NCBI RefSeq assembly: GCF_009914755.1
Contig: NC_060932.1
Length of the DNA: 64,000 nucleotides
Origin: the human T2T-CHM13v2.0 reference genome, Homo sapiens
Reading direction: 5' to 3' (one strand)
Each line of letters opens with the position of its first letter. Position 1 is the stretch's first letter. The notes beneath the pieces are model-generated. The model was not told where the DNA came from, did no database searches, and was given only the letters and a program-made list of their open reading frames with translations. Below, in pieces: positions 56,920-64,000 of the stretch. The position numbers were made by a program, and so were the translations under genes.

Positions 56920-59900
56920 TGTTGAGTAAAGCAGTCAAACTCTGCAATATATTGAAGAGCCCTCAGGAGGTCCTCAGAACATGTGCCCAAGGTAGTAAGG
57001 GTGCAGCTTCGTTTACTTCGGGCCAATTGGTCTCCATAGGTATAACATCCTGACGAGGGTATAAATCAAGTGCAACAAATGCCTGGTGTTCTATATCTAA
57101 ATTGTTACAGGATTTGTTAACAGTAGACACACCTATTTTTCACACCACTTGTATTGCACTATATACTGGTATGTGTTTGGGAGAGAAAACAATGTTCTTT
57201 AAAGGAGAAGTCATATGATTCTATACTTTCATTTTGTTGTCCTTTCCCACAGAAATGGCCCTTTCCCATATAACAAATGTTATGTGCTATGGGAGTGGAT
57301 ATTAGGGGCTAAGTTGGGGAAAATTAGGGTTCTAAGTGGACTGAGGGCATAACCATTCCCCTTTTCTGTTTTCACAATCTGAAAAGGAGATGGGACGCCA
57401 TGTGTTATCATGAGCTGAAATAGTCCACCTATTTCCCCAGGGGAGTATTTCTGTATTGTTTACAATGCCTGCCAGTTGAACCACAGAATACCTTTGAGCC
57501 TCATTTAACTTTGGTGCCTATGCTCTGAGAATACCATGTTTAAGGTCACATTTACCATCCGAAATTTTCCATATGTTTGGGGGGCCGTGTATTTTCCACA
57601 GGTGTTTGGATTGTGCCTCGGCACAGATGAGTATAGGCCATTGCTTCATAGCCACCTTAGATTGTGTTTGTAATGAAATAGACATGAGCCCCTGTTGGGT
57701 TACAGAACATGCTCATTGCCACCTTCGGGTTTGGAGTATGTTTTTATGTTTTGTTTGGTTTCTCCTATCCATTTGATGAGTGTTGCATTATTTTTTAAAG
57801 GAGCTTCCCATCCTTTTCCATCTTCCTGGAATAACATTCCTTCTATGTGGGCTATTTTTGACAGAAAACTTTTCTCTAAGAGATGCCTCTCCTCGTTAGC
57901 TATGAACTCAGCTTACACCAATATACCTAGGCCAGCTCCAACTTTTCCAGTGAGGTCAAGTTTTAATTTCTGGGTGGCGAATTTTGCTGGATTCATCAGG
58001 ATTGCTGTTGCCATTGTATACTAATGGCATTAGCACAATTTGAAACTATATGTGCAATTTATACTTGGGAGTATTATACCAAGAGGCTTTGTCATAAGGC
58101 ATCTTTATCCTATCAGTAAATATTTTCTTTTAAATCTATGAGAAGCAGAAAATTGTTTATGGTTGGGGTGGATGCAAAAGTGACACACTATAGTCTAGAA
58201 GGAAATGTCCCTTGTTTTGCCGGCTGTACCATCTTTGTACCCCTCCTTGATTTGGAGAGTTTGACATGGACCTAAGTTCATGCCCAAAACTAGCTCTTAC
58301 AATCTCATGTGCCTGCCTCTTCCAAGACAGTCCCTGAGCCTAGAGAGAGGGTGCTTGTATAGTTTTAGCATCAGAAGATTCGCGGTGAAATACAGATCTG
58401 AACCCAGTGGGATGTCAGCTGAGGGGGATTCATATCTCTAGTCTTCAGAATACCGTAATTTTGGTTTCCTTGGAAGTAAAACAAGGAGAGGTAAATAACA
58501 TTTATAGTTTCACAATCAAAAGATTATTTGTGTGTCAGAATGGAAAAAGGAACCTACTTCATTAGGGAACCAGCTAAAAATATGGAGATAAATTATGATC
58601 TGGTACTCTCTAGAGGATTATTATAGCAAAGAAATAATGATTTAATCTGCACTTAAAAAGAGTTAGGACTGAAATCTAGTACTAATCCTTAAGCTTTTCC
58701 TTTTAAACAATTGTTCTATCTGCATTTTTTTTAGAGATTATAGTAAGACCAGTTTGTGTGCCAAGTAAGTTTTAGTCTTATCATGGTTGGCCGGATTATT
58801 TGCTTAAAATGCAGCAAGAATTGATTGGCCACATAGATTCATTTTAAGTTGGCTTTGCTGGCACCTTACCTAAAAATATACCACTTTAGTTCAAGTCTCT
58901 AATTGTTTTAAAGACTCTTATTGAAACTTATGCAAACAACCATATTGTCATAAAATTAGGATCTGAATTTTGGAGAACTCAGAAAGATAATTTGCTTACA
59001 AAAACAAACTTCATCAAAATGAATTAAAGAAAAAGATTGTCTGGACCCTCCTTTAACAAGAGCAGTGGCTTTCACACAAGATGTTTGTTTATCATCTTGG
59101 AAATGTCATGCACAAGCCAAACCGCTCCTGAGAGCTGTCTATCAGGCACTATGCAATCTAGCAGCTCCTCACAGAGTTAGAATTAGTCCTAGGAATGAGG
59201 CTGCCTGCTTATTAGTATCTCCTCCTTATATCCTCATGTAGCAAGATTCTATGTAAACCATTTTTATTTTATCACGAAACTCTTTTGGGGCAACATTATT
59301 TCCACTATCATAGAAGTTGGTTCAGTTAGCATTCCATAGTAAGGTACTAAATGTCCCTGAGCTAGAAATTCCCTTGTTCTATCTTTGTCATCAGGAAGAA
59401 CTCACAGTTTTTTTTTTTTTTTGCCATCAGCCCCAATAAATGTTACACAAAGGGCTATGAAGTGCAGGATTTGTCCCGACTAGCACTCCAGCTTCTACCC
59501 TATACTTTGTGGGCTTAGGCAGTCTTACTAGTTCCCATTTGGCATGTCCAATTAACATTTCTCAAAAGAGCAGATTTATATGCCTTCAGTTTTATACTAC
59601 TAGAAAGGGGAAACCTCTCCCAGGTAGTAAAGGAGGTTACAACTACCTTACATAAAACCTGTTTAAACATTTTAAATTTCATAACTCTATTAACCTGTAT
59701 GTTTATATGTTCTGGTCCCAGAATTTTTTTTTAATACCCCCAAATCATTTTACCTTTTCTATTGAAAAAGGGTTTGGTTTCTCAGCAGGGAGTTGCATCT
59801 GTAAGACCTCTAAGGGGCAGCAAATTTGATACGACTCCTCAAACACTCTCATGATTTTGTGGGAGGAGCATCCATGTAAAAGGGGCCCTCTTAGCACCCA

Positions 59901-62900
59901 AATTTAACATAACCTGGGTAACAGACAGTTTGGTGGGAGCATATCCCAGTCATTATTAAGCCAGTCCAACATGGTTCACATAAGAAGCATATTAACTGCT
60001 CCATCTGGGGTGTTTCACTTGGTATTTTATTGGGAGAGTTAGGTAGTCCCCTACTCAGAGAAAACAGACTTTATGGTGGCATTTTCTGGGTATATGATGA
60101 TGATTATTCTCTTAGGAATAACCTCCTGGGTACTTGGATCACATGTTAGTGGTTGTTCAATAGTGAACTGTGGGTCCTGCATTAACCCAAACAAGCTCTT
60201 AAATCGTGTAACATTTAAAATTAAGAATCTTGTCCTTAAAGTGTTTTTTCTCAATCCATCATAGTAAGGATTTTTTAAAGAAGCTGATGATACTAAACTA
60301 CAAAATGGAACAATTCTTTACAGTATACCCTCTGGTTCTAAATAGTTAGTTTTGCTCTTCCCCCACATTGATTGACTATCATTTTGGTAGCCACGGGTCT
60401 CAGAGTTAACTTTTGTTGCCCTAGCTTAATTACTCTTTTTATTTAGTTATATCCGTATAATTTTTCCTTTCATTTTAAAGCAACTCTTAAATAGTTTTCT
60501 AGCTAGAGGAAAAATATGTTTTCTTTTTTAAGCAAAGTCAACATTTTTATGCTTTATAAAATTCACCAAAAACAAATTTTATGCTCTTGCTATTTTAACT
60601 TTCAGCAATCCAAATTTCCAGTGAAAAATAACCTAACCTGAGATTTTAACATGACTTGAAGCTTTTAAATTACTGGAGAGTTTTGAGATGGAATTTACCA
60701 CATTAATTTTACCAAAGATTCTTAAGGTTATGAAAATTAAAAGGGCATTTGAGATAGCTTGTACCAGTCTAACAAGCAGCTACATTTCTTTAAGAAAAGT
60801 TACTTGTCTAGAGCTCTTTCATGTAGTTTGGGAGTTAAATACCACTTCCACATGACACATATAAAGATAGAGATATAACACTCATGCGGAATAAAAAGGC
60901 AGGTCCAAAGGATATTTCATTTGACTGTTTTTTTAAAAAAATTCCCTTTCTTACTTTAGATAATTAATAAAAGTTACAGGAGCCAACAAAAGGTGAAGGA
61001 GAGAGCTATCATCCATGGCCCTTTCAAAGAGGAAGAGCTGAAGTTTTGACCTATTTTATCTGAAGAATTTCAAAGAGACAGATTCTAGAATTTAAAATTT
61101 AATAACTTTTTGCATTAGTAATAAGTTAATATTTTTAATAAAAATCTTGTTTTAACCAATTATTTCAGTTTTACATTAGTGTATATTTTTAAATATCGAA
61201 GATCCATCCCTAGAAAGACTATTATAATTCCTTTTTAATGGTAGCCAACTGAATTATACAACCCCTTTAAAAAAATATATTTTTACTAACCCTGTTATGA
61301 CTTACATAGACCACTCAAAACATGTTTAGACTTTCTGTTTTTTCCTAAATATTCCTCTTTCTTGAATGACCCAGTCATTTTATTCTAGGGCAAAAATTTA
61401 CTACACAAGATTCTTTCTGATATAAAATTATTTTCCTTTATCCCTTCTCTATAAAAAGGTACCACTTTAAATTTTTTTACATTTCTTTTTTTCTGGTTCT
61501 TTTTATACATAACATTTAAGTAGGCTGTCAGTTACACAAAGATATTTACATTTTAATAAGAACACTTAAAAATTTTTTATAATTTTTAAGTTTTGAATTA
61601 CCTGTATACTCAATATTTATGAATAACCTTAGATCCTAAATTATATGACAAGTTTGTTTACAAGCATTTATTCCATCACATTTCCCTGATTACATTATTC
61701 AATAGTTTACCTAGATTATTGACCAAAACTGTAACAGTCCTTCTGTAAGTTATTTCCCTGTTACCCTTTTTTATAGCTGTGCATTTTAGGTGTTTACTTA
61801 CATAGGAAACCTAAAGTTAAATATAAGAGTATTTTTACAAATAATTTAGGATTTCATTAAAAGAATATTCCATGTCTTTCTTGTCTAAAATTACACAAGC
61901 AAAGATCATTTTGTCTTGGTCTGGCTTTCATAATTTTATAACCCTTATGGTTAATCTTATATTATTCTGCAGGATTAAGCATGGAATTACTTGATCAATA
62001 AACACAAAACAAAAATGCTAACAATTTTTACGACATTTCTAATTTTACTTTACCCATAATTTTAAAGCCAGCTCATTTATTAAATATTTTAAGTCAAGTG
62101 ACCTTAAAAAGCATTTGTGTAGTCTTTTATTTGATTAAGTATCTGATTTATGTGCTTTTATTTTTAAAGCCAATTAGAGCTCTTGTATATATTTTTAATA
62201 GTGAAACATTGTGTACACAACACATAAATACATAGATGTATTAGGCATGCCAATAGATGTACATCTTATAGATTCATAAGATCCTATTTTTTCCTGTCTT
62301 AGGTTTTCAAATTCTTGATAACCTGTTTGACTACCTTAGGTAGCTGTCAGCTAAATAGCCTTACTCTGCATATCAAAGGAAACAATTCATAGGTGAAAAT
62401 CAGATAGGAAACTTACATCTGAGGAACACAGCGAAATAGTCTGTTGTGCTAGACAGAAATTAAAATGGATGTAACTGCTACATAACATAAAATTATAGAA
62501 ATCATAAAAGCCTTTTAAATATATACATGCACATATTTGCACAGAAAAGAAAATCCTGTAGCTTTTGGTTGAGAACTTTAGGAATGATATGAAACTGGCT
62601 TGAAAAACGAACAAACAGACAAACAAAACCCTGTTATATCCAAACAGTGGCTTTTATCTCAGTCATAATGTAACAGCTGATATAAAGCAGGCAGAAAAGA
62701 AAAGAGAGAAAAAGAGACCTTAGGAAATCTATAACTTGCAGGTCGACCTTAGGGCTTTTTTTTTTTTTTTTTTTTAAATGTGCACAAAGACCACGTTACT
62801 TCCATTTTACATAAAGTCTGGCTAGTAGAGTTGTCGTAAAATCTAAGAAGTGCTTGAAAGTGGGTCATTCTCCTTGTTTTCTCCTAAGTTTTAGATTTTT

Positions 62901-63065
62901 TTCTCACCTTTTTTTTAAGGAGGAATTGAGCTGTGGAATAGAGCTTTTGTGGAGTGGGTCAAAGGGTGCTGCTTGTAGGCAGGACTCCAGAGTGTGTCAC
63001 CACTGTGTCACTCCTGCCCTCTTACATGTCTCAATTTTTCTCTCCAGAGGTCTAAGCAACTCCTC
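56920..63065 (-). mobile_element. MER4-group ERV1: deleted LTR fragment (~56920-57015) plus a long degenerate internal region
   Basis: LTR hallmark CAAACTCTGCAATATATTGAAGAG|CCCTCAGGAGGTCCTCAGAACATGTGCCCAAGG. AT-rich internal sequence typical of MER4-int relatives. No intact ORFs. Confidence 0.65.
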
Positions 63066-63069
63066 AAGT

Positions 63070-63990
63070 TTTTTAAGAGAACAATACTTGCAAATATTGA
63101 AACAATATAGCCTGTTCCTGAAAAATGTAATATGTTGTACAAGATCTAGTTTTACTGATGCTGCTCTAACACTTAGAATTCCTTCTGCACTCTTTGGCAT
63201 GTGGGCAGAAATTCCACCCCTTTCTTCGAGTCCCTGCCTTCTTCAAGAGTTTTTTATTTTTGCCGCACAGCCCATGTCCCCTAATTCTAACTTCCAACAA
63301 AAATATTTGTCTCCATCCATCCCTGGAGTTGTCAAAACAGGGATCTTCATGCCGGGTTTCTCAATGAGCCATTACACAGATTTAGCAGGGAAATGGGAGT
63401 AATATCAAAGACACCTTGTATAAACCATTGGATGACCCCAGCCCTCGTCTCTGCCCATGAACAGCTCCCGGGGCAGAGAGTCAGGCAGCCCTGCTCTTGT
63501 ATCCCTCAGAAAACTCTTGAGATTTTGTTCCTAAAGCCTCCCAAAGAGGGAAAAGGAATTCATCTCATGACATCCCACTTTTCATTCAAGTGAGTAATTG
63601 CGTTATGACACAGAGAAGGACACAGCATTGCTCCCCTTACTATAGCCTAGCAGATAAAGCACCAGCAAACTAAAACACCCTAACTTCTCAGTCACCATGC
63701 AAGCCCTTTTATATCAAATGCAATGGACTTTTCCACAAGCAAAATGAATCTTCTGACCAGCAGGCATCCTCTGCTTTGACTCGGGCTTGGATACATATTG
63801 TGCTTCAACAAATCTCAGTACTGAATCTAAATATCAAGGAGAAGTGGTCCCAGGAAATATACTGAGAGGACTTTGAGCTTTTACCAAACTGCACAATCCC
63901 AAAATCATAGACTTTACTGAGGCCAATTAAATTGGCTAATTCATGGGTGAAAGTGAAACATCATAATGTTTACAAATCTGCCCAACTGTT
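63070..63990 (+). repeat. Local duplication, copy 2 (paralogous to ~47700-48600)
   Basis: Colinear similarity of roughly 75-80% by eye. Confidence 0.9.
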
Positions 63991-64000
63991 TTTACGTTAA

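Noticed and set aside
56472-56947. ORFs with poly-Pro/Leu/Glu/Gly runs
   Set aside because: All are translations of the (CCT)n tract in different frames.
62854-63402. Longest ORF in the window (182 aa)
   Set aside because: It spans the ERV/duplication junction, starts at a non-ATG codon and has no recognisable domain.

Overview
Human (primate) genomic DNA from the copy-number-variable 8p23.1 beta-defensin repeat unit. From left to right it holds SPAG11 exon 1 (-), DEFB104 (-, 2 exons, 72 aa), DEFB106 (-, 2 exons, 65 aa), DEFB105 (+, 3 exons, 78 aa), DEFB107 (+, 2 exons, 70 aa, 5 Cys) and a multiply disabled PRR23D-family pseudogene (+). These sit among Alu, L1, MaLR, MER4-group ERV and DNA-transposon remnants. 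All defensin exons were joined by hand: GT-AG boundaries, phase-1 introns and intact frames. A and B paralogue copies cannot be told apart from sequence alone; B symbols are used because gene order and orientation match my recollection of the reference B copy. The most interesting unexplained structures are: (1) an old inverted duplication between SPAG11 and DEFB104 whose arms look like decayed SPAG11E/beta-defensin-type second exons; (2) an AT-rich fold-back (PATRR-like) inside the DEFB106 intron; (3) a consensus 5' splice site rebuilt at the start of DEFB105 exon 3, which could allow recursive splicing or in-frame DEFB105-DEFB107 chimeras; (4) three neighbouring odd-cysteine defensins; (5) three orphan promoter-like CpG patches. 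Repeat subfamily names are from recognition, not from a database run.
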